The position numbers and the translations under genes are program-made. Of a stretch of DNA of 64,000 nucleotides, positions 10,345-19,359 are shown one piece after another; position 1 is the first letter of the stretch, and the number at the start of each line of letters is the position of its first letter. The notes under the pieces were generated by a model. It had not been told where the DNA came from and made no database searches. It was given only the letters and a program-made list of their open reading frames with translations. The DNA is from Candidatus Eiseniibacteriota bacterium (GTDB lineage Bacteria > Eisenbacteria > RBG-16-71-46 > CAZAMP01), in NCBI GenBank assembly GCA_965224245.1, contig OZ245046.1:5120001-5184000 (forward strand). The letters run 5' to 3'.

Positions 10345-11160
10345 ATGAAGCAGAAGACGGACGATGCGCCCCTCTCGGCGTACGAGAAAGCCGCGGAACA
10401 GGGTGTCGACCCGAGGTGCATTCCCAAGAACCTCGATGGCCCCCCCCCGGTCGGTGACGACATCGTCGCACCCGACTATCCCGACTCCGATCACGAGTCC
10501 TGGCAGTTCCTCTTCGATCGCCAGATGACCCTCCTCGAGGACAAGGCCAGCGAGGCGTATCTGGACGGCGTGTCGCTGCTGGGCATGACGCGCGAGAGGA
10601 TCCCCTCGCTGGCGGCGATGAGTCGCCGGATGAAGCAGGCCACGAACTGGGAGCTCGCGCGCATTCCCGGGCTCCTTCACGAGCGTGACTTCTTCACGCT
10701 CCTCTCGAAGCGGCAGTTCCCGTCCACCGACTACATCCGGGGCAAGGACGAGCTGGACTACACGCCGGCGCCCGACTGCTTCCACGACATGTTCGGCCAC
10801 ATGCCCATGATCACCGAGCCTGCCTTCGCCGACTTCTACCAGGAGCTGGGTCGCGCCGCGCTGAAGGCCGAGGGGCAGGATCGAGTGAGCCTCGAGCGCT
10901 TGCACTGGTTCACGGTGGAGTTCGGGCTCATAAGGGAGGACGCCGGTAATCGCATCTTCGGCGCGGGGATCCTGTCGTCCAAGAACGAGGTCGGGCATGC
11001 GCTCGGTCCCGACGTCGAGAAGATCCCGTTCGACCCGTTCCGCGTCATCGAGCAGGAGTACGAGGTCTGGCACCTTCAGCCCACGCTGTTCGTGCTCGAC
11101 TCGTTCGAGCAGCTCGTCACCGGGTTTCGCGAGTGGGCGCGAAGCCGCAACCTCCAGTAG
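10345..11160 (+). CDS. phhA: Phenylalanine 4-monooxygenase
   Basis: LDYTPAPDCFHDMFGHMP, WFTVEFGLI, FGAGILSS iron-ligand motifs; ATG 10345. Confidence 0.9.
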   Translation: MKQKTDDAPLSAYEKAAEQGVDPRCIPKNLDGPPPVGDDIVAPDYPDSDHESWQFLFDRQMTLLEDKASEAYLDGVSLLGMTRERIPSLAAMSRRMKQATNWELARIPGLLHERDFFTLLSKRQFPSTDYIRGKDELDYTPAPDCFHDMFGHMPMITEPAFADFYQELGRAALKAEGQDRVSLERLHWFTVEFGLIREDAGNRIFGAGILSSKNEVGHALGPDVEKIPFDPFRVIEQEYEVWHLQPTLFVLDSFEQLVTGFREWARSRNLQ

Positions 11161-11184
11161 CTCGCCGAGGAGTCCACGACACCC

Positions 11185-11973
11185 ATGCGATGTCACGAGG
11201 TCGACTACCGCATCCACGGCGACGACATGCAGATGGTCGAGGTCGAGCTCGACCCCGGGGAGACGGTCATCGCCGAGGCCGGCGCGATGAACTTCATGGC
11301 CGACGGCATCACGTTCGAGGCCAAGATGGGCGACGGCTCGAAGCCCGACGAGGGGCTCTTCGGAAAGCTCCTCAACGTCGGCAAGCGCGTGCTCACGGGG
11401 GAGTCGATCTTCCTGACGCACTTCACGCACCAGGGCTCGGGCAAGAGCCACGTGACGTTCGCCGCGCCCTACCCGGGCAAGGTCATCCCGCTGGACATGG
11501 CGGCCATCGGCGGCGAGATCGTCTGCCAGAAGGACTCGTTCCTGTGCGCGGCCCTCGGCACCGAGGTCTCGATCGCGTTCAACCGGCGACTGGGCACCGG
11601 GTTCTTCGGTGGCGAGGGGTTCATTCTTCAGCGGCTCCGCGGCGACGGCATGGCGTTCCTGCACGCGTGCGGCACGATCGTCGAGAAGGAGCTCACCGGT
11701 GACCGGCTCCGCGTGGACACCGGCTGCCTCGTCGGGTTCACGCCCGGGATCGACTACGACATTCAGCGCGCGGGCAATCTGAAGTCGATGTTCTTCGGCG
11801 GAGAGGGGCTCTTCCTGGCCACGCTCACCGGGCACGGTCGCGTGTGGCTGCAGAGCCTGCCGTTCTCGCGGCTCGCCGATCGGATTCTCGCGCACGCCCC
11901 GCGCGCCGGGGGCTCCCGCAAGGGCGAGGGCTCCGTGCTCGGCGGCCTCGGCGATCTGATCGGCGGAGACTGA
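11185..11973 (+). CDS. TIGR00266/AIM24 family protein
   Basis: [51 protein letters not shown]. Confidence 0.9.
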   Translation: MRCHEVDYRIHGDDMQMVEVELDPGETVIAEAGAMNFMADGITFEAKMGDGSKPDEGLFGKLLNVGKRVLTGESIFLTHFTHQGSGKSHVTFAAPYPGKVIPLDMAAIGGEIVCQKDSFLCAALGTEVSIAFNRRLGTGFFGGEGFILQRLRGDGMAFLHACGTIVEKELTGDRLRVDTGCLVGFTPGIDYDIQRAGNLKSMFFGGEGLFLATLTGHGRVWLQSLPFSRLADRILAHAPRAGGSRKGEGSVLGGLGDLIGGD

Positions 11974-12016
11974 CGCGCGGCGCGGCACTCGCGTCCACTC
12001 CGGTGGAGGAACGACG

Positions 12017-12745
12017 GTGACGAACGACCTGATGGAGCGGGAGCTCGGCCTCGTCGAGCTCCTCGGTGCGACGTTCGCGACCGTCCGCCGCAACTTCGCG
12101 ACCTTCGGACTCATCGCGCTGCTGCCGTTCGTGCCGATCTTCCTCCAGTACCATCTGATGCCCGCCTTCTCCATGGACGTGAACGTCCTCGACCACCTCG
12201 GATCGCTCTACGGCGTGTTGCTCCTGCAGTGCCTGGTGATGCCGTTCGTGTACGGCGCGGTGGCCGGCATCACCGAGGCCGACGTTCACGGCAACGAGCT
12301 CACCGCCGGCGAGGCCCTCCGGGTGGGCGCGCTACGCTGGCTCCCGCTGGTGATCACCGGGATCATGTACTGGTTGGTGACGTTCGTGGGGATGCTCCTG
12401 CTGTTGATCCCGGGCATCGCGGCCCTGGTCTACTTCGGACTCTGCTGGCCGGCGGTCGCGCTACGCGGGTACGTCGGCGTCGACGCCATGCGCGCGAGCT
12501 GGGAGCTGGTGAAGGATCGCTGGTGGCGTGCCTTCGGGTTCTACCTGCTTCTCTCGGCCATCTTCTGGACGACGTCGTTGTTGCTCCTGCCGGTGACGCT
12601 CTTCGCGCCCCCGACGATCGCGTCGTTCGTCTCGTCCGCGGTGTCGGCGTTCTGGCAGGTGGTGATGATGACGGGCATCACGTTCTTCTTCCTCAACCAC
12701 GACTACCTGCAGAACGGCACCCACGTCTCGGACGTCGTCGCCTGA
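12017..12745 (+). CDS. Hypothetical multi-pass membrane protein
   Basis: About 5-6 hydrophobic segments; LLLIPGI…AMRASWELVKDRWWR pattern of a widespread uncharacterised membrane family; GGAGGA RBS. Confidence 0.7.
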   Translation: MTNDLMERELGLVELLGATFATVRRNFATFGLIALLPFVPIFLQYHLMPAFSMDVNVLDHLGSLYGVLLLQCLVMPFVYGAVAGITEADVHGNELTAGEALRVGALRWLPLVITGIMYWLVTFVGMLLLLIPGIAALVYFGLCWPAVALRGYVGVDAMRASWELVKDRWWRAFGFYLLLSAIFWTTSLLLLPVTLFAPPTIASFVSSAVSAFWQVVMMTGITFFFLNHDYLQNGTHVSDVVA

Positions 12746-12771
12746 CCCCGGTGCCGGGCACCGACCCCTCC

Positions 12772-13390
12772 GCCCGCTCCGCGAGGCCGTGACCTCCGCC
12801 TCGCACCGCCGCCGAAAAGCGCGTCCGTCCCGCCAGAACTCGGTCCGATGCCCGGTACATCAGACACGAAGACGATGCAGGGACGACAGAAACCAGTTAC
12901 CAGACAGGGAGTTACGAGATGGCGATCTACTTGCAGTTCGACGGGATGACCGGAGAGGTCACGGCGGCGGGTCACGAGGGCTGGATCGAGCTCGAGTCGT
13001 TCAGCTGGGGTGTCGGCCGCGGGATCATCATGCAGACCGGAGCCAGCAAGGACCGCGAGGCGTCGGCGCCGTCGCTGTCGGAGGTGACGGTGACCAAGCA
13101 GATGGACGAGACGTCGCCGTACTTCTTCACCGAGGCGTGCGTGGGCAAGGGCAAGACGGCGACGATCCACTTCGTGAAGACCGGCGAGGAGCTGGAGACG
13201 TACATGGAGTACGTGCTGAGCGACGTGATGGTGTCGGGGTACTCGGTGTCGTCGGGCGGGGATCGCCCGGCGGAGTCGATCTCACTGAGCTTCACGAAGA
13301 TCGAGACGAAGTACACGCCGTACGACGACGCGCACGCGGCCACGGCGCCGATCCCGGCCGGCTACAACCTGGCCACCGGCAAGATGGTCT
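12772..13390 (+). repeat. Direct repeat copy 1 (~619 bp: hcp leader plus hcp CDS)
   Basis: Near-identical to 13696-14314 at an offset of 924 bp; three leader substitutions and at least one synonymous CDS substitution seen. Confidence 0.95.
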
Positions 13391-13392
13391 AG
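12919..13392 (+). CDS. hcp: Hcp family type VI secretion tube protein (copy 1)
   Basis: MAIYLQFDG…GHEGWIELESFSWGV…VTVTKQMDETSP…ESISLSFTKIE…GYNLA; 157 aa. Confidence 0.93.
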   Translation: MAIYLQFDGMTGEVTAAGHEGWIELESFSWGVGRGIIMQTGASKDREASAPSLSEVTVTKQMDETSPYFFTEACVGKGKTATIHFVKTGEELETYMEYVLSDVMVSGYSVSSGGDRPAESISLSFTKIETKYTPYDDAHAATAPIPAGYNLATGKMV

Positions 13393-13565
13393 GGCCACTG
13401 CTCCTGACGCGCGTCCCTCGGGGCGCGCGCGGCCCCTCTCCCGGGGCGGGACCCCGCGACACCTCGCCACACACAAGGTCCCGCCCCGGTCTTCGCTCTC
13501 CCCGCCCCGCTTCGGTGACACCGCTCCACCGTCATTGACCTTCCCACGTGCTTCGATCGCCGCCC

Positions 13566-13620
13566 GACGCCACCGGTGCAACGCCACCAGGCCAACGCCA
13601 CCAGGGCAACGCCATCGCCC
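13566..13620. repeat. Degenerate 14-bp tandem repeat, ~4 units
   Basis: GACGCCACCGGTGC / AACGCCACCAGGCC / AACGCCACCAGGGC / AACGCCATCGCCC. Confidence 0.8.
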
Positions 13621-13695
13621 GGGTCACGTCCGAGCTCACGACCGAGCCGATCGCGCGCCCGGAGCGGAGGCGGTCCGGATCCGGACGCACGTCGT

Positions 13696-14314
13696 GCCCG
13701 CTCCACGAGGCCGTGACCTCCGCCTCACACCCCCGCCGAAAAGCGCGTCCGTCCCGCCAGAACTCGGTCCGATGCCCGGTACATCAGACACGAAGACGAT
13801 GCAGGGACGACAGAAACCAGTTACCAGACAGGGAGTTACGAGATGGCGATCTACTTGCAGTTCGACGGGATGACCGGAGAGGTCACGGCGGCGGGTCACG
13901 AGGGCTGGATCGAGCTCGAGTCGTTCAGCTGGGGTGTCGGCCGCGGGATCATCATGCAGACCGGAGCCAGCAAGGACCGCGAGGCGTCGGCGCCGTCGCT
14001 GTCGGAGGTGACGGTGACCAAGCAGATGGACGAGACGTCGCCGTACTTCTTCACCGAGGCGTGCGTGGGCAAGGGCAAGACGGCGACGATCCACTTCGTG
14101 AAGACCGGCGAGGAGCTGGAGACGTACATGGAGTACGTGCTGAGCGACGTGATGGTGTCGGGGTACTCGGTGTCGTCGGGCGGGGATCGCCCGGCGGAGT
14201 CGATCTCACTGAGCTTCACGAAGATCGAGACGAAGTACACGCCGTACGACGACGCACACGCGGCCACGGCGCCGATCCCGGCCGGCTACAACCTGGCCAC
14301 CGGCAAGATGGTCT
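13696..14314 (+). repeat. Direct repeat copy 2 (~619 bp: hcp leader plus hcp CDS)
   Basis: Matches 12772-13390; diverges at the stop codon (TAG vs TGA). Confidence 0.95.
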
Positions 14315-14316
14315 GA
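13843..14316 (+). CDS. hcp: Hcp family type VI secretion tube protein (copy 2, protein identical to copy 1)
   Basis: Translation identical to 12919-13392. Confidence 0.93.
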   Translation: MAIYLQFDGMTGEVTAAGHEGWIELESFSWGVGRGIIMQTGASKDREASAPSLSEVTVTKQMDETSPYFFTEACVGKGKTATIHFVKTGEELETYMEYVLSDVMVSGYSVSSGGDRPAESISLSFTKIETKYTPYDDAHAATAPIPAGYNLATGKMV

Positions 14317-14559
14317 CGCCGGAACCCCCGGGCGGCGCGCCACCCCCGGCGCGTCGCTCGCCACGACATCGATCCCACCACACCGCCCTCCCCCGAGAGC
14401 CGGGGTCCGTCCGACGGGACGAGCCCCGGCTCCCTCCTTGCCCCCGAGGCGAGGTCGCCGGTGCCGAATCCAGCTGTGCGATTCCATTCCCCGGGCCCGT
14501 TACCTGGATGAAGGCCGAGCAGGGTACGACATCCAACCCCGATGGGAGACGGACGAAAG

Positions 14560-15027
14560 ATGGGCATGTATCTGAAGTACGAGGGCGTCGAGGGGCCGAT
14601 CACGGCCAGCGACTACAAGGGCTGGATCGAGATCGACTCGTTCGAGTTCGAGGTGAAGCGCGGTGAGTATGTCATGCTGGGAAACGGCACCAACAAGGCC
14701 ACGAGCATCACCGGGGCCAAGATGACCAAGAAGGCCGACGGTGCGACCACGGCCCTGATGCGCGAGGCGTTTCGCGGCGCCGTGCGCGAGGATGCCCGGG
14801 TCCGGTTCGTCACCGGCGGCGAGCTCGTCGATCCGTACCTGGAGTTCGACTTCGATCGGGTAGTGCTGGCGTACTACGCCATCGAGACCGTGAACGGCGC
14901 CCCGGTCGAGACGTTCGTCATGGAGTACGAACGGCTTCGATCCACCTACACCCCCCGGGACGCGACGGGCAAGCTCGACGCGCAAATTCCGGCCGGCTAC
15001 GACCTGAAGGCGGGCACGCCGCTGTGA
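14560..15027 (+). CDS. hcp: Divergent Hcp family protein (copy 3)
   Basis: MGMYLKYEGVEG…YKGWIEIDSFEF…MTKKADGAT…ETFVMEY…IPAGYDLKAG aligns end-to-end with copies 1 and 2. Confidence 0.85.
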   Translation: MGMYLKYEGVEGPITASDYKGWIEIDSFEFEVKRGEYVMLGNGTNKATSITGAKMTKKADGATTALMREAFRGAVREDARVRFVTGGELVDPYLEFDFDRVVLAYYAIETVNGAPVETFVMEYERLRSTYTPRDATGKLDAQIPAGYDLKAGTPL

Positions 15028-15056
15028 GACGACGGCGGCCGCGCGGCTGTCGTCTC
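15026..15056. terminator. Hairpin between convergent hcp3 and thrS
   Basis: GAGACGACGGC … GCTGTCGTCTC inverted repeat with one G-U pair. Confidence 0.5.
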
Positions 15057-15097
15057 CGCGGGACGAACGGTCGGCACGTCGCGCTCGGTGATGAGCG

Positions 15098-17167
15098 TCA
15101 GACGCCGGACGTGACCGCCGTATCGGACATCAGCTCCCGCCGCGCGATCTCGCCGGTGAGCGCGACCACGAACTCGTCCAGCGGTCGCGCGCCCAGATCG
15201 CCCTCGCCTCGACGCCGCACCGACACCGTGCGGGCGTCACGGTCGCGTCCGCCCACGATCAGGAGATACGGGATCCGCATCTCGGAGCCGGCCTTCACCT
15301 TCGCGGTGACCCGCTCGTCGCTCTCGTCGATCTCGGCGCGGACGCCGGCGTCGATCAGCGTCCGGAACACCTCGCGCCCGTAGTCGGTGAACTTCTCGCT
15401 GACCGGCAGCACGCGCGCCTGCACCGGCGCCAGCCAGGCGGGGAACGCCCCCGCGAAGTGCTCGATCAGGATGCCCACGAACCGCTCGAACGATCCGAAG
15501 GGCGCCCGGTGGATCATGACCGGTCGATGCGGCTTGTTGTCCGGGCCGATGTACGACAGATCGAACCGCTCGGGCAGGTTGTAGTCCACCTGCACGGTCC
15601 CGAGCTGCCACTCGCGTCCGATCACGTCGCGGGCCACGAAGTCGATCTTGGGGCCGTAGAACGCCGCCTCGCCGGGCTCCATGGTGTACGGCGCGCCCAG
15701 GGTCTTCGCCGCCGCCTCGCACGCGGCCTCGGCGCGAACCCACTTCTCGGCCTCGCCGGCGTACTTGTCGCTCTCGGGGTCGCGGAGGCCGACGCGCACG
15801 CGATAGTCGTGCATGCCGAGCGTACCCAGGATCAGCTTCACGAGGCTCAGACAGCCCAGAAGCTCCTCGGCGACCTGGTCCTCGGTGCAGAAGAGGTGCG
15901 CGTCGTCCTGGGTGAACCCGCGGACGCGGGTCATGCCGCTCAGCTCGCCCGACTGCTCCCAGCGATACACCGTCCCGAACTCGGCCAGCCGGATCGGCAG
16001 ATCACGGTAGCTGTGCGGCTCGTTCGCGTAGATCTTGATGTGGTGCGGGCAGTTCATGGGCTTGAGCAGAAACCCCTCGATGTCGCCGGTGCGCATGTCG
16101 TTGCACAGCTCGGCGCACGAGCAGCTCCTCTCGACCATGTCCCGCAGGTGTTCGCCGTGCACGAGCGGCGGATACTGGCTGTCCTGGTAGTACGGGAAGT
16201 GACCGGACGTCTTGAACAGATCCAGCTTGCCGATGTGGGGCGTGTAGACCTGACGGTAGCCCTGCTTGACGAGCTCGGCGCGTATGAACTCCTCGAGCTC
16301 GCGGCGGATGACCGCGCCGTTCGGCTTCCACAGGATGAGCCCCTGGCCCACCGCCTCGTCGATGTGAAAGAGTCCGAGCTTCTTGCCGAGCACGCGGTGA
16401 TCGCGCCTCCTGGCCTCCTCGATCGCCTCGAGGTGTGCCGCGAGCTGTCGCGGGTGCGGGAACGCGGTCCCGTAGACGCGGGTCAGGCTGTCCGAGTCGG
16501 CATCGCCGTGCCAGTACGCCGACGCGAGCGACATGACCTTGTACGCCCCGATGCGTCCGGTGCTGGGGACGTGCGGTCCGCGGCAGAGATCCTCGAAGTC
16601 GCGGCCCGGCTCACCGGTGGCGTACCAGGACAGCGCGTCGGAGCCGGCCTCCACCGCGCGCTCGGCGTTGTCGAGCTTGTACTTCGAGCCCTCGTCGCGG
16701 AGCTTCCGCATGCCTTCGTCGACGGGGAGCTCGTACCGGGTGAAGGCGCGATCCTCGGCGATGATCGCGGCCATCTCCTTCTCGATGGCGTCGAAGTCGT
16801 CCGAGCTCAGCGGGCGCGCATCGGGGATGTAGATGTCGTAGTAGAACCCGGTGTCCACGGGGGGGCCGTACACGAGGAGCGCGTCCGGAACGAGGCGCTG
16901 GATCGCCTCGGCCATCACGTGGGCGGCGCTGTGTCGCACGAGGAAGAGAGCGTCGTCCGAAGGGGTGTCCTTCGGACCGCCGGGCGTCACGATGGAGAGC
17001 TCCGCGTCGGTGTCGATCGGACGCGAAAGGTCGGTCAGCTCTCCGTTGACGCGGGCACCGATGGCGGCCTTGGCCAGCCCCGGGCCGATGTCGGCCGCCA
17101 CGCGGGCGGCGCTCACCGGTGCGTCATACTCGCGGACGGTTCCGTCCGGAAGTGTGATGCGCGGCAT
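15098..17167 (-). CDS. thrS: Threonine--tRNA ligase
   Basis: MPRITLPDG (TGS domain), RHSAAHVMA, DLCRGPHV, KPMNCPHH, RVRGFTQDDAH, GEAAFYGPKID, HRAPFGSFERF; ATG 17167 with GAGGAG RBS. Confidence 0.97.
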   Translation of the reverse strand: MPRITLPDGTVREYDAPVSAARVAADIGPGLAKAAIGARVNGELTDLSRPIDTDAELSIVTPGGPKDTPSDDALFLVRHSAAHVMAEAIQRLVPDALLVYGPPVDTGFYYDIYIPDARPLSSDDFDAIEKEMAAIIAEDRAFTRYELPVDEGMRKLRDEGSKYKLDNAERAVEAGSDALSWYATGEPGRDFEDLCRGPHVPSTGRIGAYKVMSLASAYWHGDADSDSLTRVYGTAFPHPRQLAAHLEAIEEARRRDHRVLGKKLGLFHIDEAVGQGLILWKPNGAVIRRELEEFIRAELVKQGYRQVYTPHIGKLDLFKTSGHFPYYQDSQYPPLVHGEHLRDMVERSCSCAELCNDMRTGDIEGFLLKPMNCPHHIKIYANEPHSYRDLPIRLAEFGTVYRWEQSGELSGMTRVRGFTQDDAHLFCTEDQVAEELLGCLSLVKLILGTLGMHDYRVRVGLRDPESDKYAGEAEKWVRAEAACEAAAKTLGAPYTMEPGEAAFYGPKIDFVARDVIGREWQLGTVQVDYNLPERFDLSYIGPDNKPHRPVMIHRAPFGSFERFVGILIEHFAGAFPAWLAPVQARVLPVSEKFTDYGREVFRTLIDAGVRAEIDESDERVTAKVKAGSEMRIPYLLIVGGRDRDARTVSVRRRGEGDLGARPLDEFVVALTGEIARRELMSDTAVTSGV

Positions 17168-17332
17168 GTGACTCCTCGTTCTCGTGGGCCCGTCCGAGGC
17201 CGGGCGCAGGGTAAAAGGTGTGAGATTGTAGCCGCTCTGCGCTCGTTCTGGCAAACTGCGAGCACGTCCCGCGGGGCTCTCGCTCGCGGTGACGCTGCTC
17301 ACGCCCTTCCAGACTCCCACAGAGGTCGCGCC

Positions 17333-18064
17333 GTGAATCCCGTGCTCGAGCTGATGTCGGACCACCGATCGGTCCGCGCGTTCACCGACGAGCCCGTCTC
17401 CGACGAGGTCGTCCGCCGCGCGGTGGGCGCCGCCCAGATGGCGGCCACGTCCAGTCACATCCAGGCATACGCGGTCGTCCGCGTGGTCGATCCCGAGGTC
17501 CGATCCGAGCTCGTGACGCTGACCGGGGGGCAGCGGTACGTGGCGTCCTGCGGGGCGTTCCTCGTGATCGCCGGCGACGTCCGTCGCCATCGACTGGTCG
17601 CCGAGCGCGCGGGTGTGGACAACGTCCAGAACCTCGAGACGTTCCTTCTCGCCGTCGTCGACGCGTCGTTGTTCGCGCAGAACCTCGCGCTGGCCCTCGA
17701 GTCCGAGGGGCTGGGCATCTGCTACATCGGGGGACTGCGCAATCGACTTCCCGAGGCCGATCGGCTCCTCGGACTGCCCGACGGCGTGTGGCCCCTCTAC
17801 GGGCTGTGCGTCGGTGTGCCCGAGACGCGTCCCGGGAAGAAGCCCCGTCTTCCGATCGACGCCGTCTACGCGGTCGGGCGCTATCCGGCCGACGAGAGCA
17901 TGCGCCGGCACATCGAGGCGTACGACGCCGAGATGGCCGACTATTACGCCGGAAGAGGGCTCGACGGGCGAACGTGGTCCGGGGGGATCGAGCGGCGATT
18001 CGCCGCCGCAAGTCGCGGGCACCTAGCCGGGTTCTATCGTGCGAAGGGTGCTCGTCTGGAATGA
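17333..18064 (+). CDS. NADPH-dependent nitroreductase (NfsA/FRP family)
   Basis: HRSVRAF, AATSSHIQAY, VDASLFAQN, GICYIGGLRN, KPRLP; GTG 17333 at the 3' end of long ORF 15458-18064. Confidence 0.9.
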   Translation: MNPVLELMSDHRSVRAFTDEPVSDEVVRRAVGAAQMAATSSHIQAYAVVRVVDPEVRSELVTLTGGQRYVASCGAFLVIAGDVRRHRLVAERAGVDNVQNLETFLLAVVDASLFAQNLALALESEGLGICYIGGLRNRLPEADRLLGLPDGVWPLYGLCVGVPETRPGKKPRLPIDAVYAVGRYPADESMRRHIEAYDAEMADYYAGRGLDGRTWSGGIERRFAAASRGHLAGFYRAKGARLE

Positions 18065-18542
18065 GCGTGCTCTGGCTCGTGCCACCGCTCGCTGCGCTCC
18101 TGATCGCGTGCAGCCTTGCGGGCGCACCGGAAGCGACGGCAGCCGCGGAAAGCCGCGTTGCCGTGGACTCCAAGCTCATCGTCTCGCCGCGGATCGTGCC
18201 GCGAGGCGGTGCCGGGCCGTGAAGAGCCGCCGAACCCCCATGCGCGCTGCGCCGCCGCCGGATCGTCTCTCGAGCACGACTACATCACCCACGAGCTGAC
18301 TGTGACCCGGCTCGATGGCTACACCTACGAGGACGCGGGCACTGATCGCCCGCAGCGTGGAGGCGGAGCCGCGCGGGTCGGTGATCACCAGGGCGCCCCG
18401 ACGCGTGCTGATCGACCTCCGCGGCGGTGAGTGCTCCACCGGTCGTCGGCTCCTGCGACGTGCGGCACCGGTTTCGGGCGCGTATGGGGTTCCCACGCAA
18501 CTGGACACCACCGCGTCGTTCGTCTCCGAGATCGGGATCTGA
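18061..18542 (+). pseudogene. Possible degraded gene for a secreted/lipoprotein
   Basis: ATGA-coupled start with signal-like MSVLWLVPPLAALLIAC, then protein-like fragments in changing frames (HDYITHELTVTRLDGYTYE; RVLIDLRGG…TTASFVSEIGI). Confidence 0.3.
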
Positions 18543-18745
18543 TCGCGTACGCCGCCTGGGGATCCCAACGACCTGCCCATCGGCGCGCCCTGTCGTAGGG
18601 TCGGTGGCTGGGGCGGCGTTCTATCTGGCGATGCCGTACCTGAGTTGATCGGTTCTGGTTGTGGGGGATCCGTTATCGTCCCTGAGCCCGGGAGACTCAC
18701 CGGAAAGCCGCCGAAGCCGAAAAAGTCTCCCGCCGCGGTCCCGAC

Positions 18746-18762
18746 TGATATACTATATATCA
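18746..18762. promoter_or_regulatory. AT-rich palindromic operator-like site
   Basis: TGATATA-CTA-TATATCA perfect 7-3-7 inverted repeat ~65 bp upstream of ATG 18829. Confidence 0.55.
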
Positions 18763-18828
18763 TCTGTAGCCGATGCGTATCTCATCTATGAGATCGAATC
18801 AATCGAAGCTCCGCCCAAGGATCCCAAG

Positions 18829-19359
18829 ATGGAGAATGACCAACAGCCTGTCGTCACCGGCGAGCCTCAGCCCCCAGCGAGATCTTCGACACCGCAGTCG
18901 GTGCATGCCAATGCGGATCCCCCTTCCTCGCCGGCTCCGGAGGGCTCGCCGTCTCGTGTGACCGAAGCGGCGCCGCAGTCGCCGGCGTCGCCAGCTGTGG
19001 ATCCCACGCAGGACGAGATCAGGACTCGTCTCGCCCGACTCCGTCGGGCCGAGCGCACGCACGAGATGCTGATCAATCTAACGGATGTCGGCCGGATCGC
19101 CTTCGGCCTGCTCGTACTCCTCGTATGTCTCTGGGTCCTGATCTCGAACGTGGCAAGCAACGGCGGGGCCGGTCCTCGTCCCACCGATACTCTGATCAAA
19201 GACAGTGTGAATCAGGGAGCCATCGGGGTCGGATCGACCGGAGTCGTCGGCTTTCTGACGAAGGTCCGGAACAGCCGCAACGAGGATCTCAACACCGTTC
19301 GGGCCGAGATCCGGCAATACATGGAAATGCTCAAGGAACAAGCCAATGCCAACAGCTGA
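18829..19359 (+). CDS. Hypothetical membrane protein (Pro/Ser-rich N-terminus, 1-2 TM helices, coiled C-terminus)
   Basis: Open frame; hydrophobic IAFGLLVLLVCLWVLI; overlaps the start of the next gene. Confidence 0.55.
   Translation: MENDQQPVVTGEPQPPARSSTPQSVHANADPPSSPAPEGSPSRVTEAAPQSPASPAVDPTQDEIRTRLARLRRAERTHEMLINLTDVGRIAFGLLVLLVCLWVLISNVASNGGAGPRPTDTLIKDSVNQGAIGVGSTGVVGFLTKVRNSRNEDLNTVRAEIRQYMEMLKEQANANS

Noticed and set aside
13566-13620. Short repeat array as a CRISPR
   Set aside because: 14-bp units are contiguous, with no unique spacers and no cas genes.
12772-14314. Direct repeats as IS ends or prophage att sites
   Set aside because: The repeat is the hcp gene itself. No transposase, integrase or phage genes are present in the window.
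15458-18064. 868-aa and 974-aa ORFs suggesting giant or fused nitroreductase/ThrRS proteins
   Set aside because: The real genes are divergent, with starts at 17167 (-) and 17333 (+). The extensions are each other's antisense.
18746-18762. NrdR box
   Set aside because: Partial similarity only: the right half lacks the conserved wGtg and no nucleotide-reduction gene is adjacent. Kept as a generic palindrome.
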